Shown: piece by piece, positions 46,986 through 60,327 of the stretch
How positions within the stretch are numbered: the first letter of the stretch is position 1
Layout of the letters: the number at the start of each line of letters is the position of its first letter
Translations under genes and position numbers: made by a program
DNA from: Amoebophrya sp. A120
Taxonomy: Eukaryota > Protista > Dinoflagellata
Direction: 5' to 3'
NCBI GenBank assembly: GCA_905178155.1
Contig: CAJINV010000006.1
Span: forward strand, 3,408,437-3,472,436
Length of the DNA stretch: 64,000 nt
The notes under the pieces: model-generated
What the model was told of the DNA's origin: nothing
Seen by the model: the letters and a program-made list of their open reading frames with translations, nothing else
Databases searched by the model: none

Positions 46986-49900
46986 TCATTCATTATCCCC
47001 CAGCATTCCTTTACAGTTACTGGCTAAAAATTTGGTTACTTTCTTCACCAAGGCTATCACCATTTTGTTCTTCAGAAACCCTTCCTGCAAAACGTGCGCG
47101 GAGACCGTGACCAGGAGCAAGTAGAACAGGAAAAACCGTTTCGGCGTGTTCTTGATGTATTTCAATCGAAACTCTTCCGAGAACAATTTCGTCACGATGG
47201 CCTTCTTGTAAAACAGCTGCCCGATGGGTCCGTGGCACATAAACATCGGAAACGCCAGAGACCCGACGTGTTTCATTTTGCTGGTTGATAGAAACTTGGT
47301 GAAGAGAAAAAGTTCATCGGTTTTTTCTGCTTGTTCGGAATAGTTGTTTTCGGTTGATGTCGCGCCACAACTTCTCTTGCTGTTTTTCACCATCTGTAGT
47401 TGCTGTATTTGCGCAGGCGTCGTCCCTGGAGTGGTCGGTGTAGTCTTCAGCACGGCCGCACTGTGCAGCCTCGCGTGATCCTTGTGCAGCTGCTGCAAAA
47501 ACTTTGCGTAAAGCGGCAGGAAGAAAACGGATCTTACCAGCGTTCCGTTTAGCGCGAGCTTGTCTGTCAGGCGGAGCAGTAACGCGGCGTGCGCCGCGAA
47601 GTAGTAGAAAAGCGGGTTCTTTTTGCTGCATTCCTTCTTGAGCAGATGTTTGATTTTTCGGAGAAGTTGTTGCAACATGCTGTTTGTTGATGATTTTTCT
47701 TTCATCTCTATCCCACGAAAAAAGTGTTTAGTTACAGTTACACATTTGTTGGAGTATCTGCATCACAAAGTTGCGCGATATGGTAAAGAAAACCTGTGAC
47801 GCGCAGACTATTGTAAGGGAAAACACGAATGAAAGGAGGCTGGCAAGCATTTCCTGCATGACAAAGGTTGCCTGTCTAGCTTGTTTCGCAATACAATGTG
47901 CAGCTGTAACACTTTTTTCTTCGCATAATCTCCTCCGCCTCAATTACCTTCCTTCGCTCGATCGCATCGATGAAGTCCTCGTCGGCTCTATCGAAAGAAA
48001 AAAAACCCATCCGCAACATCCATTCTTCTGATGACAAACACTGGACTTGATGCATGTTCTTTTGTACTAAACTATGACAGATTGAATGTTGGGGATGGCT
48101 TTTTTTTTCGGGGATAAGCTTGACTCGCGCTACTGTTCGGCGGGGAATGGCCAACGTCTTGCTTGCTCGACGGGGGTGCAACTGCATTGTTAGACGGCTG
48201 CAGCAAACTGCTATTTGAACCAGCACTACTATTATTATCACCGTCCTGGTCCTTTTCGACGTCATCGAGCATCACCTCCCGAGCTGCGACAACCCCGAGA
48301 CAGATTTCCAACAAGGCCCAAATCGGTATCAGATGGAAAACTGTTGACGTGAACGGAATGTGTGATGCAGTGATGCATCAGAAAAGGTGCGGCGTGAATT
48401 TGTATTGCATAGCATGCATGAAGGCAAAATTTGTAATGCATAACTGCCATCTGTGAAAGAAAACCGTTAATGTTAAACACTTTTTTGTTTGATAATCGGG
48501 TGAAATCGGGTAACGTTCCACAGCATCGGGTTCTGTTCGCGAAGCTGATCCACAGCGGCAGTTTTCTTGCTATGCACTGCAAATGCGTCTGGGTCAGGAG
48601 AATTGCCAGGTTTGTCGTGCATTTTTTGCAGGACCACGACCAACGAGGCCTGCAATGCATGACCGAGCATCGCAAAATTTTCGAGGCCGGCATGATGCCT
48701 ATTCCGCATGAGAAACGCCTTCTCCGCGGAGCACAAACCGGGCTCCTCTTGTTGTGGCATGCAACACAAACTTTTTCGGAATGCACAGACAGCATTACAA
48801 GTGAAAACTTCTTCAGATTTTGTGATAACAAAAACGACTTCTACAAAGGAGTGAAGCAAGTCGCAAAAATCTTCTCCGAGAAAAAACTCCGGCGGGACCA
48901 GTGGACGAGAATTGCGAAGAGGTTCGCGGAGAAGCATCACAGATTCCGAAAATATCGCCTGTTCCGCTACAAGTTCGAGAAAGGAATTCGCGACGCTTGG
49001 GAGTAGTTGAGAAGGAAAGGCCAATGAGGTTCGCGAAGGAAAGTAGAAAGCTTTCGAAGGCACTGAAGTAGGGTAGTATATTTTTAGGACGTGACTAGTT
49101 GATTAGATTTATAGCTAGAAGTAGACTAGAAGTAGCTCTGTATTTTATTCATATTTAGTTTACCGGCGTCTATACCCGGAGAGGAGCATGGTTACGCCCA
49201 GCTCCGCTATAGACATGTCAAGGCATCTTGATTCGGAAATTGAAAAGTGACACGTTGTCGCTTTTCAAAGGAACTCAAAATGCTGTCAGCCGGCTAGTAT
49301 AGGTAGTTTTAGTTCTGTGTTGTAGGATGTACTGAGAGGAAATAGGATTACGTGTATGATTTAGCGGGCTCTGGATGGTAATTTTAACTACAAATGCAAA
49401 CCTCAACCACGTCCATCCACCCCGATCAAAAATGAAACATTTTCTCGCGCGAAAAGATATAAAGCTGTATGCCATGCATCTTAGTCTTACATGAGCTAGT
49501 TTTTGGTTACAGCTTGCTCTCTTTTTCCTGCATTACAAATTTCGCATGACAGATCTTTTACCAGTTTGTAAGCCAGCAGACAACTTTTGCACAGAAGTTG
49601 CACAAAAACGAGCATACCCTCGGAGGAGTTTATATTTACGCACGATAGAAAATGTTATCCAACTTTCATAGAATGGTTACAAAGCGGATCGTAAAAAAGA
49701 GCAGTCGGTACAAAATTTGTGATACGAAATAAAATGATCTTCATAGAAAATGCATACTTGTTCCGAACTGCATGACAATTCCGTGTTTCTCAAAATGGAA
49801 TCTGTAATGCGTAACGGCACATGTGGTCGGTTTTACTTGCCAAAAATAAAAAAGATCATTTTAAAGCTTCGCGATGTATGACGAAAGGAAAAAAAACGAA

Positions 49901-52900
49901 CTGAGTGACATCACAAATTTCAACCGGAGACTCTTTTATTGCTGTGGAACTTTTCTGGACGCTGACAGGCAATCGGGTCGCATATCGATAGGCTGGGACT
50001 TCGGTTCCGGTTTAGGCTAGCGCTCAAGGCCCGTAGCGATAATTATTGCGTGCGAATTGGAAGGAAAAAAGGAAACAAAGAAAAAAGGAAGAAAGGAGAT
50101 TTATTTTGGGATTGAAGTGTGTTCTATTTTGTGTAATTACAAGTAGTTGATACCTTCTAGACCCAGACATATTTGCATTTGATACTTCCCCGAAGACAAC
50201 AATACCCGACCGGTGCTGTAGGCGTAGGCAAATTTCTGTAGGATGTTCACAGAAGTCAGAAACTGCCGCAGTTTCGTATAGAAGCCTGTTCATGTGTTAC
50301 AATCTCAAGCGTTAGCACAGGGTATGGAAATCGGAGTTGCCGCAGCTACACGATCTAGCCTACTCCTAGCACACCATTGCGCATGACAAGTTTCGGAGTC
50401 GTCCGAAAGAAACCGCACTAGAATCATCTGGCGAAATTTGTATTGCAGAAAGTGGAACGCTGTGTGGGTCTGTCATGCTCATCATGCAAGAGAAAATCCA
50501 GTTTCTATTGTAACGCTTGAGATTGTAACGTTTGAGCAGGTCATATTTCGCCAACCCGGATTTTTTCGACAAACTCGCAATCTGAGGGATCACGATATGG
50601 CGTTCTCAACTGTTACGTTCTCAGCTGTTACATGATTTGTAATGCAAAACGAGCATCAACATTCACAAGGTGAAGCTACTTCGCATGAAAAATTTTGGAA
50701 AGGCTAAACAGCGCCTAAATCTGTGCGGAATTTGTAGTGCTACAGGTGCAACCTCCCTGCTTTGACTTTTGCAGTTCTTGCATCACAAATCCATGTGACA
50801 GTTGAGAATGTAACAGTTGAGAACGCCATACACGAAGCCGGGTAGGGTCAGGTTCGAGAATGTCCAGGCGGACAGAAACCATATGGGAATCTCAAATGTT
50901 ACATCCTCAACTGTTACATGGATTTGTCATGCAAAACTACCAAAAGCTGCCAGATGATCAAGCTACTTCGCATGACAAATCTACGGAGGGCCAAACAGCA
51001 TCTAAATCCGTGCCAAATCTGTGATGCGAAAGCAGCAAGCTTGCCACCTTGACTCATTCCGTTCTTGCATTACCAATTCACGTAACACTTGACAATGTAA
51101 CGTTTGAGAACGCCATAAACCAGGTCGGGGGGTTATAAATCTCCGCCGCGGAGGGGAACCAGGCCTGCAGGAGGGCAAAGTTTATGCAATGCAAAAGTAT
51201 CGCAATCGTGTAAATGCATCACAAATTTCCTCAGCATGAGAAATGAAATTTGTAATGCTGATTTACCGCAAGAAAAAAATTTGTGATGCATGATTGCAAT
51301 TATACGAGTGCCATAGTTTTGCAATGCATAAAGTTGAGGAACATTTGAAACAGCGTTTTCCTCCAGCTAATGTTGTACACGTACCGATCCAGGTACAGAA
51401 ACATCGGACTAAACATCGTGGTGAGCAGCATATCCCACGAAAAAACTGTTCTTTCACTGTGATGATTTTGCAAGTTGTTTCGCATTACAAGTTTGCTCTA
51501 CACCTCCACAGAGGAAGTTTGTTATGCGAGCTTCCTATGGGAATAAAGTTTGCCTACAAATGCCTTATCTTGCATGTGTAGCAACAGCAAGACAAACACA
51601 AATGCGATGCATTTTCTGCATCACAAGTTCACGGTGAAGCAGTTTTTTGTTGCGATACAGCAAATGCAGCGGGTAATAGGTCATGACCCGCTGGAAGAAG
51701 TAGGACTCGCGGTTATTCTGAGTAAAAACATCCCCACAACAGAGTCAAGATGCGAAATCTGCTATACAAATCCGCCAGCTTTGTTTGTTTCCCATGACAA
51801 GTTTGTTTTCATAGTGTAATCCTGTTTAGATACTTCAGAAGCATTACAGATCCAGCATATCATGCAGATTCTACCATCACAAGTTCCCAAATACGAATAG
51901 AAAACGCTTCTCACGGGGCTCCGCATCATCATCATCATCATGTAGTGGACACCCGCACCCAGCGCCACAGGTCAAGGATCCCCTCCCCGGGGGGTGGGCG
52001 TTTTTGGCGCGCAAATTTGCATGACAGCTCTGGGGTGTTTATGTGCTGGAAAGACCAAATTAAAGCACAGAGAAACTTCAAATTTTCAGATGAAAAAGAG
52101 GGGAGAACGAACTACGACGAGAAGAGAAGCATAATCTATGTGGCCACTGTGTATGTGAGGTATCTATTGCGATGCGCGTGCTGGCATGGGCTGGGGTGGG
52201 GACGTTTTTACGCAGAATAGCGGTTCTTCAGTTTTTCCACTTCGTGCACGCGCTCGCCCAACTTGCTTCCCGTGTAGCCGCTGACGTAGCCCGACAAGAG
52301 GAAAAAACCGCCGACGATGACATTTTCGTGTGTCATATGCAATACAAATTTCCCGCCCATGTACAAAATGCATCACAAATTTCACCAATTTGGAGCGTAA
52401 AACTTGTCATGCTAAACTAGGATCGAAGCCAAGTTTTGTCATGCGGAGACCGCATTTGTACGTGTACGGGAAATTTGCTGTGGATATGTCAGAAACTTCA
52501 GGAGCGGCAGCGAGATCTGGTTCTGCTTCTCGTGTCGTGCCGTCGCAAGTGCCGCCGGTATAAAGTGGCCGATGATGATGGGTAGAACTAGCAAAAACCT
52601 ACACCCATCCAAGGAATCCAAATGCGGTTTGCTTCCCGGCAAAGGCGCGCCCCCCGGCCCCGTGGTGAGTTGGCGACTCGCAGCTCTAGTGCCAGCAGCA
52701 ACGGGGGTGAGGGACCGAGGAACAGCAGGAAGATTTTCTGGTTGCTGTTTCCCGGACAGAAAAGTCGTTTCGAACTGCGACTGTTCCGCAGAGGACGGAG
52801 CCTCGACGACGGTGGGGGCGTTTCCGCCGTATATCCCCTTCGACTGGAGAAATTGGATTTTGCTCTGGCGCACCGTGTCCGACCCAATCCCCACGTTGAT

Positions 52901-54411
52901 CGCAGATTCCAAACTCGCAATCGTGCTGTTCGAATGCATTGCAAAAGTATGATGTAGTAATTGCATCTATCGTTCGTTCGTTGTGGATCGGCTCTGCCGA
53001 CCGGGTAACCCATCGCCTCGCATACAAATGACCGACATAGGCGAACCCCGTTGCGGGACATACAAATTGGCCGTGCGGAAGGGCCCTAAGCGCTACATAC
53101 ATAGTTCACCCTAAGCGCCTACCACTTCGGTCGGGACTGAGTCTACCTGGTCCTGGGCATCTATGCATTACAAATTTTGCTTTTATGGTAAATCCGCATT
53201 AGCATTACAAATTTTCTTTGTCATGCTGAGCTAATTTGTAATGCAATTTTTACAAGTAGTACGATACTTTTGCAATTCATAGTTCGAATCTGACCGTCGG
53301 AGGGTGGACGACCCCGGCGCGGGATATGACACCCTCAGAATGGAAATCCTCAAAGTGGAAATAATTTGTGATGCATGTAATGCGACACCAAAAAGTCTGT
53401 ATTGCAGAGAACGAAATGGAGGCCGACTACTGTGCTTCTACGGGTTCAGAATTGGGATGCTGATTAGCATGACAGAAGGGCACCCCTTTGCCTACCTAGC
53501 ATGACAGACACGTTTTGAGTGCCCGGGAAATTTGTCATGCGCCGACTAGAAATGGTGCTCCAACTGGAGTCGTTTTTTTGCATTACAAATTTTTTTCACT
53601 TTGAGGATTTCCAACCTGAGGCTTTCATACGGGAAGCCCCAGAGGACCGGTTTGGAGTTGTTGGCCTCCATTATGTATCAAAAGTAAAAGGGTCTGGGTC
53701 TGGAAACTTGTGATGCTGCGTGGCGTCTCATGATGAGGCTACAGATGCTGGCTCAGCATGACAAGTTTCCGAGCTCCTAGGTGTTGCCTATTCTGCATGA
53801 CAAACTGCGCTTCAAAAACGGAGCTCTTGGGTAACGTGCATGACAGATTTAAGAGTCATGCCAGACAAGCATGACAAACATGAATTCTGCCAGACCCAGA
53901 CATTTTCACAGTTGATATTACCACTGTTTGTTCCTAGTTGTTCCCTGCTAATTTGATTAACCTCTCCGCCGGTTGAAGATGCATTCGAGGGGTCGTTGGA
54001 GGTGCCGCTCCCCCGCGCTGGTGTATGGAAGCGTCAGGATTGAAATCGTCAAAGTTGGAGTAATTTGCAATGCATAAAACGGATACCAGTTGGTACCTAG
54101 TTTTCAAGTGGCGCATGACAAATTTGGGTAGAACTACCGGGATCCAGTTTGTAATGCTGTTTGGGTAAGGAAGCCGCCTTCTATCATGCTACTTTAGCAC
54201 CTCTATTTCTACCCCTCAACAGGCTTACCATCTGTCTCCCTTGCCTACTCTGCAAGACCGGCTCTTTGTGGGTTGCATTTTATGCATCACAAACTATCTC
54301 ATTCTCAACTTTGTCGATTTCAAACCTGACGCTTCCATATGGTGCCGTTCCATCGTACGCGCTATGGTATTCGCGAGAGCGACGCCGCAGATTCTTGTGG
54401 GTGAGCATCAT
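46986..54411 (-). CDS. Acyltransferase family 3 (OafA-like) multi-pass membrane protein; 15 elements
   Basis: HLDSLDGCRFLLVLPIIIGHF, VGGFFLLSGYV, FFQRV..YYPLH, LLQAWFP....NPPTWFLSA, RFHPIWALLEI, GSLAFPMFMCHGP. Confidence 0.85.
47709..47927. mobile_element. Introner family K (TATC/G....GAAAAAAGTGTTACAG, about 220 bp); 3-4 copies
   Basis: DR ATCTC. Others: 27689-27914, 41793-42006, possibly 58247-58505 (DR AAAGA). Confidence 0.82.
48327..48494. mobile_element. Introner family D (TATCACAGGAAAAAGTGTT / TATCAAACAAAAAAGTGTT, 155-190 bp); 4 copies
   Basis: DR ATCGG. Others: 2488-2677, 34595-34751, 41570-41733. Confidence 0.88.
48803..50135 (+). mobile_element. 1.3-kb 5'-truncated retroelement fragment, possibly Penelope-like, nested in a family-A element
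   Basis: 9-bp duplication ATTACAAGT (48794-48802, 50136-50144). Starts mid-ORF: FFRFCDNKNDFYKGVKQVAKIFSEKKL..IAKRFAEKH..stop at 49006. Confidence 0.6.
50596..50830. mobile_element. Introner family M (TATGGCGTTCTCAACTGTTACA, about 240 bp); 5 copies
   Basis: DR CACGA. Others: 40209-40456, 44742-44983, 50277-50545, 50882-51117. Confidence 0.9.
51924..52000 (-). mobile_element. Shorter copy of the (ATG)n-tailed retro fragment, nested in a family-C element
   Basis: (CAT)n-GTAGTGGACACCC..CCCAGCGCCACAGGTCAAGGATCCCCTCCCCGGGGGGTGGGCG is shared with 30316-30386. Confidence 0.7.
52971..53156 (-). mobile_element. 186-bp retro-like insertion with (AACG)3 tail, nested in a family-B element
   Basis: 8-bp duplication GCATCTAT at 52963-52970 and 53157-53164. 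Confidence 0.7.
54024..54339. mobile_element. Introner family F (TATGGAAGCGTCAGGATTGAAATCGTCAAAGTTG, 305-350 bp); 6 copies
   Basis: DR TGGTG. Others: 18782-19107, 53325-53629, 56701-57050 (degenerate), 57611-57917, 61056-61365. Confidence 0.9.
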
Positions 54412-56141
54412 TTTGGATATTACTGCACTGTAAATTTTTCAAAGACATAAATACCACGTTGCCCCCCTTACGCCGAATGTCTTCTCCTGGGCGCCGGGAA
54501 GAATAAACTAATAATGCTACGAAAATAACTAGAACTACATCATGATCATTTGCCAAAGGACTTGGACTTGTTGCGGCGAGATACAAAAAACACAGCGAGA
54601 GCATGATGAAAAACGAATTTATCGCCCGCCCGGAAGAGACGTGGTTGGACGATGAAGCGAAAACATTTATCAGGTGGTATTTTCTTTTTTCAACGTGAAG
54701 ATTATATACGAGCCCGACTTCTGACGAGTAAGTACCTCTTCCCTTGAACGATGAAACACACAATAAACACTGTATTGTCATCACCGAAGAAGTAGTTGTT
54801 TCGGAAAGGTAAAAGAACTTGTTCGCTTCAATAAATTCACAACCGAGTATTTGCATCAAGTCGACCATCAGCTACCCACCCCAATTTTTCAGAACCTCTT
54901 TGCGCAAGTCCTCAAAGAGTCGCGGAATACGAAGAAGCGAGAAGCGTACGAATCAAAAATAGCAGCACTTTATAACTTTTTCGCCCCAGAGCGACGGAGG
55001 TGGCAGCTTGGTACCACCAGCAGCCCCAGGCACCAGCGAAAGAACATCATCGACGCAGGAACTCTACTTGTACATCTTCCACCTCTTTCCCTTTCGCTTG
55101 TTCTGTAGTTTTCATCCTCCTAAGTAAACGCAGCCACCCCTGCAGGCCGCGAGCCTCATTTTCTTGGAAGTTCTTGTTGTTGCCATCGATTCATCTTGCA
55201 TGCCGTGCCACGACAAGTATGCTGCATGTAGATGTTGTACAAGTGGTGCCAAAGCATAATTCCTGTACTCAAGTGCCACAGCATAGATACGTAGTCGTGT
55301 AAAGCTGCTGCTCATCTTCGTGGGAAATAGATCACACGTGGGCAGCAAGGTGGTCGTTGTATAGATGAACCTACGTGGAAGTTGTACAGGAACTTGTTCG
55401 GTTTTTAATATGGCCTCGACGTAGTTTTTCAAGAACATGAATTTGAATTTCAATCATTGTACACGACGGACTTGTCTATATCGTAATCATACATGGGAGA
55501 AGTGAAGTGAAGTCTAATCTTCTCATCATACAGATACAACCAACATGGGATAAAATTAAATAAAACTAAAACTTCTCCTACAAGCACAGTGCATGATCCT
55601 CTCCTACAGGCAGGAGATGATCCACTGATTCCTCCTGCAGGCTGCAATGATTACGAAAAAAGAGCACTATGAACTACACCGCGAGAAGCGCTGCCGTTCT
55701 TTCGGGTGGCACTGTACCTGAAGTGGGTAAGTCGTACCACTTCAGGACGACGCCCTTTGGAGGCCTCGCACTTCTGGCGGGACATAATTACTTAGTACCT
55801 ACAAAGCAACTTTTTTAGGCGAAGATGACGCGAAAGACAAAGAAGATGAAATCTCCGGCAACTAACTTTGATCGAGACGGGAAGGAGTCGGATAATTTGG
55901 CACTACTTACCACCCCCACCGGCGGTAGTACATTTTTAGTATTCTTAACCTTATACTATACCAATATACGACTCTATAAGACTCCCATCTACAACTTTGT
56001 CCGAGTGGTCATCTATTGGAAGATCTCCAAGATAAAAATTTGCCTGGTGAGCAGCCGGGTCATCTTCCCCGAATTAAAACTATTTATTCTTAATCGGTTT
56101 GAGATCTCGTCCGCAACATGGCGTAGCTCGGAGTTGTTCTC

Positions 56142-59100
56142 TCAGCTGTCTTTTTGTTTGTTTCTCCGTTTTGTTCCACAACATCGGGCAAAGCGCCGAC
56201 GTAGCCTTTCACCCAAGCCACGGTCCGCCTGGCGCGCGCGCGTTACCTTTTCCCACCCTTCAAAAGACCAGACTTCGTTTCCGCGTTCTACTGGCGCAAT
56301 TATCCTAGGGAAAATACTTAAACGGGGCCCACGCTGTCCCACAGTCAAGATGTTAATTTTGCATACACAAATCCAGAAGCTTCGGGAGTGGTCACGCATG
56401 ACAAGTCTCTAGCGCAACTAGCTGTCGTGGGGTGCAAATTAGCAAGGACAGCATCATGCGCATTACAAATCTTGCTGTAGATGCGAATCCACACGAAAAG
56501 TCTGAAGTGTACTACTTGTTAGAAGTGGGTGTGAGCCTCGTTTTATTTACTCAGGATACCAGAGCGTGTCTCTTCTTCATCTGCTACCCCTCCAAATTCC
56601 TCGTAGGAGCAATCGTACACGTCATAGTTCTTAACCTCCGAGGTAGGTCTAGTACTAGTACTTGGGGTGTGGATATTCAGCTCCGCAATAGGTGTAAGAA
56701 AATGGATGTGTCAGGATCGAAATCGTCAAAGCGGAAAAAATAGTTTGTCATCATAAGACCGAAGATACCAGTGGGAAAGAACCCACTTATGCTTATCAAG
56801 CAGCGCATGACAAATTTTCCGAGCACCGGAATCCAATTTGTAATGCTTTTTAGGCGCAGAGGACTGCTTTTCTTGTAATGCTACTTTAGCAGCTCTATTT
56901 CAATAAACCCCAAACAGCTCACAATTATCGGCCTCACCTGCCATCCCGGCAAGACAGGCACTTCAGCATCAACTTCATGCCTTGCATTTTAGTTTTATGA
57001 ACGGCAACTCATTATTCAACCCCTTCGATTTCAAGCCTGACGCTTCCATAAGGTTGAAGCGAAGAAGATAGCCGCTGCGCCGTTGCGTAGCGCAAATAGC
57101 TCACCCCACAAATTTCATTTACCCCGTCTCTTCCTCCAAGTTGGTGCGCTTTTCGGACAATTTCGGGAGATACGATTACCATTCGGGAAGCCCATGACTG
57201 GGTCTGATACCAAGGCCAGCGGTTCACGGGCTCTAACTATCACAAGGAAAAATCCCCCCTCCCCATATCGAAACGAAGTTTCTGATGCTGGATTTGCGTA
57301 CACAAATCAGGCCTGTCTTGCTGGAGAGGACTGCAGGCATATGCCAAGCCTGGGTCGAGAGGTTTTGACGTAGGGGACTAGCGTGACAGACGTCGGCGCT
57401 GTAAGCCCAGCAGCATCACAAACCGCCGGCATAATGCGGCGGATTCTCTGGCTTTGCCTTCTTGCAAGACAGACAGGATTTGTGACCTCAAATCTGCATC
57501 ACAAATTTTCAGACGCATGCGTTTTCGATATGGGGAGAGGGGATTTTTCCTCTCAATACTAACGGCGTGTGGCGAAGCGTGACGGCGACCTTGCGCAGCT
57601 CTGCATAATTTATGGGAGCGTCAGGTTTGAAATCGTCAAAGTTGAAATAATTTGCAATGCATAAAATGCATGACCCGAGGCACGTGTGTTGCAGAGAAGG
57701 CAAGTGAGGCCGATTGTAAGCCTGTTTGGGGTTACAGCTCGAGCTGCTAAAGTAGCATGAGAAAATCGCTCTTCTTTACCTAAACAGCATGACAAACTGG
57801 ATTTAGGGAGAGCCGAAATTTGTCATGCGCCACTTGGACACTGGGTTCCAACTGGCATCCATTTTATGCATGGCAAATTATTTCAACTTTGTCGATTTCA
57901 ACTCTGACACATCCATATAATTGCGCCCGTGGTTAATATCCGTGTTGAGGGCAAATTCGAATACAGCGGTGAGCTTCGGGCGGCGGCGGCGTTCCACCAC
58001 GCAGTGAGGATCTGGTGGAGCGTCCTCGTGTTCACTGTGCTCTCGGAGCTGGAGCTCGGTGGGTAAGTTCCTGCGCCAGTCAAAGGAATTCTCGATGCGG
58101 TAGTAGATGGCTTCCTGACGGCTCTCTAGACGAAGCCTCATGTGTCGGACAGGTGACGCTTCGTCCGGAGAGTCGTCAGAAACTACAGGAAGCCAGCTCC
58201 AGCCCACAGCGGGCTTCTTCAACTCTCCCAGTGCTAGCAACAAAGATATCCAAGAAAAAAACTTGTCCCTTAGTGTAGGTCTAGGTGTGCTGCTGGTGGT
58301 GTCTTTGATTTTTAGCTGCATGACAAAATTCTTCTGCATCACAGAGAAGTCCTTGTGTCATGCAGCACAGCTAGTACGTCAAAACACGTACGGAAGCAGA
58401 GCATTGATATGGCTGGTACGCGTGACAAGTGTGCCTGCGTTGCATGCTTTCCCTATTTATAGCACAGACAATACTTACACTGCTGCGCTGTTTTTTTCTT
58501 GCATAAAAGACATCGTGCGTTCGACGTCGGCGATCGGCGGAAAACCTTGGCGAGTTGTCTCCGCTGCGTCAGTATCAAATGTAAAAATGTCTGGGTCTGG
58601 AAGAATGCATGTTTGTCATGCTTGTCTGGCATGACTCTTAAATCTGTCATGCGCATTGCCCAAGAGACGTTTTTTTCTGTCATGCGGAGACGCAGTTTGT
58701 CATGCAGAATAGGCAACACCTACAAGCTCAGAAATTTGTCATGCTGAGCCAGCACTTGTGGCCTCCGTATGCTACGCCACTCAGCATCACAAGTTTCCAG
58801 ACCCAGACATTTTTCCATTTGATAGTCAGACTCGCGGCGCCCGCCGATCGGCGGAACCGTCAGCAGCGCCTCTCTCGGCGCCATCAAGTGGGACGGCGCT
58901 TGACCACCACGGCGAAGCCCACTGCTGGCGCTACCGCCCTCCTCCCTCCGTACTTCATGTCGAGGCTGGTACGCAAGCAGGCTGCGTAGAAAGTTACGCG
59001 CAAAGACGGTAACCACGCGCGACCGCTGCAGCTGGGCCACCTGGTTTGGGCCCTCAATGCTGGCCCCCAATGCGGTCCGACCCCAACCGCGACCGGCAGT

Positions 59101-59673
59101 GGCTAGGCTTGTCTTTTCTTCCTTGGTTAACAGAGAGCGAGGCTCTCCGTCTAGGGACCCTCCACCTAGGTGCTCGGCAGCGAAAGGTTGCTGGACCGCA
59201 TTCATAGCTGATGAAGATCTTGCATCAACCGCCCCAGCGACCGGCTCTACTTCTCTGCCGCGGGAGAGAACAGTGCTAACAAGCGGGCGCTGGGCAAGGA
59301 GGTTCGCAAAATCTGCGGAATACGCGTGGTTCTTTTCTGTACGTCCTTCTTCGGGAGCAACAGCACCCCCGTCGATCCGGATGGGAGCGAAGTAGTCTTC
59401 CAAGTTGGCAACTGGAAGTACAGCCTCGTCTTTGCTGGTTGTACCACGAGTAGGCGACCGTCCGGCGCCACGACTCCGTCCCGACGAGGAAGGGCTTCTA
59501 CTTGGCCGCCCTCGGCCAGCACCAGAAGAGGACGACACCTGAAGTTCCAGGGCTTGGCACGTATCAACGACACTGCTCGACGTCATACTTTCCGATAAAA
59601 GAAGCAAGGCCGCCGCGGTGCTGCCGGCCAACTTCCACGACACAGACGAGGTTTTGGTAGTTTCCTTCATCAT
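56142..59673 (-). CDS. Putative secreted protein of unknown function, tandem paralog 1; 6 elements
   Basis: Signal-like VSWKLAGSTAAALLLLS..CQALE. Last exon PVERGNEVWSFEGWEKVTR..DS-stop. Homologous to 60521-62268 and 63451-64000. Confidence 0.7.
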
Positions 59674-60327
59674 TATTGTGCAACTTCTACTACTTATTTG
59701 CTAGAAGTGCTGTTTTACTTACAAATGGAAAGGAAATGTCTCCTCCTTTCTTGTCACGAATTTGCAGGTGAAGACAATGGCTTGAAAAACTTCGATATTA
59801 CGGGTGGAAAAATAGTGGGTGTCAAACGTTATAGAGCGATCTATAATCGCTATGGTCAGAGTAACAATTTTTTGTAAAGAATAACAATTCGTCTAACTAG
59901 GATCTTCTGCACAGAGGTTTTTTCGTAACTCAAAGTTGTACTAGGTGAAAGTACGTAGAATTACAAGCTGTTGAACTGTGGGGAAGACCAACATGATTTG
60001 GCAAGTGCATGTTGTCTGTCACAACAGAATATTAGAACGATCTCGGAGGCCAGGCGGGTGCGAGTACGACATACGCCGCGCCTGCGAAATTTTTCATCAA
60101 GTCAGCATCCTGAATTTTATCCACCGAATGTAGGTCTTGTACCGACCCCACCTTCGAGGGGGACTGCTTAGAATTGCGAGTTTTTCGTGACCAGCAGCGA
60201 GAGAGCACAAAAACAAGAAACGACCGCGGATTTTGTCATTTTGATCTTATTGGATGATCCTGTCTATAATTTTGGTCGTGATGTGGATCTGCCGACGCTT
60301 GGCACACGAATCCAAAGAACCGATATG

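Noticed and set aside
49200-50050. Hammerhead ribozyme in the Penelope-like fragment (CTGAGTGA near 49901)
   Set aside because: I could not assemble the three stems and GAAA core by eye.
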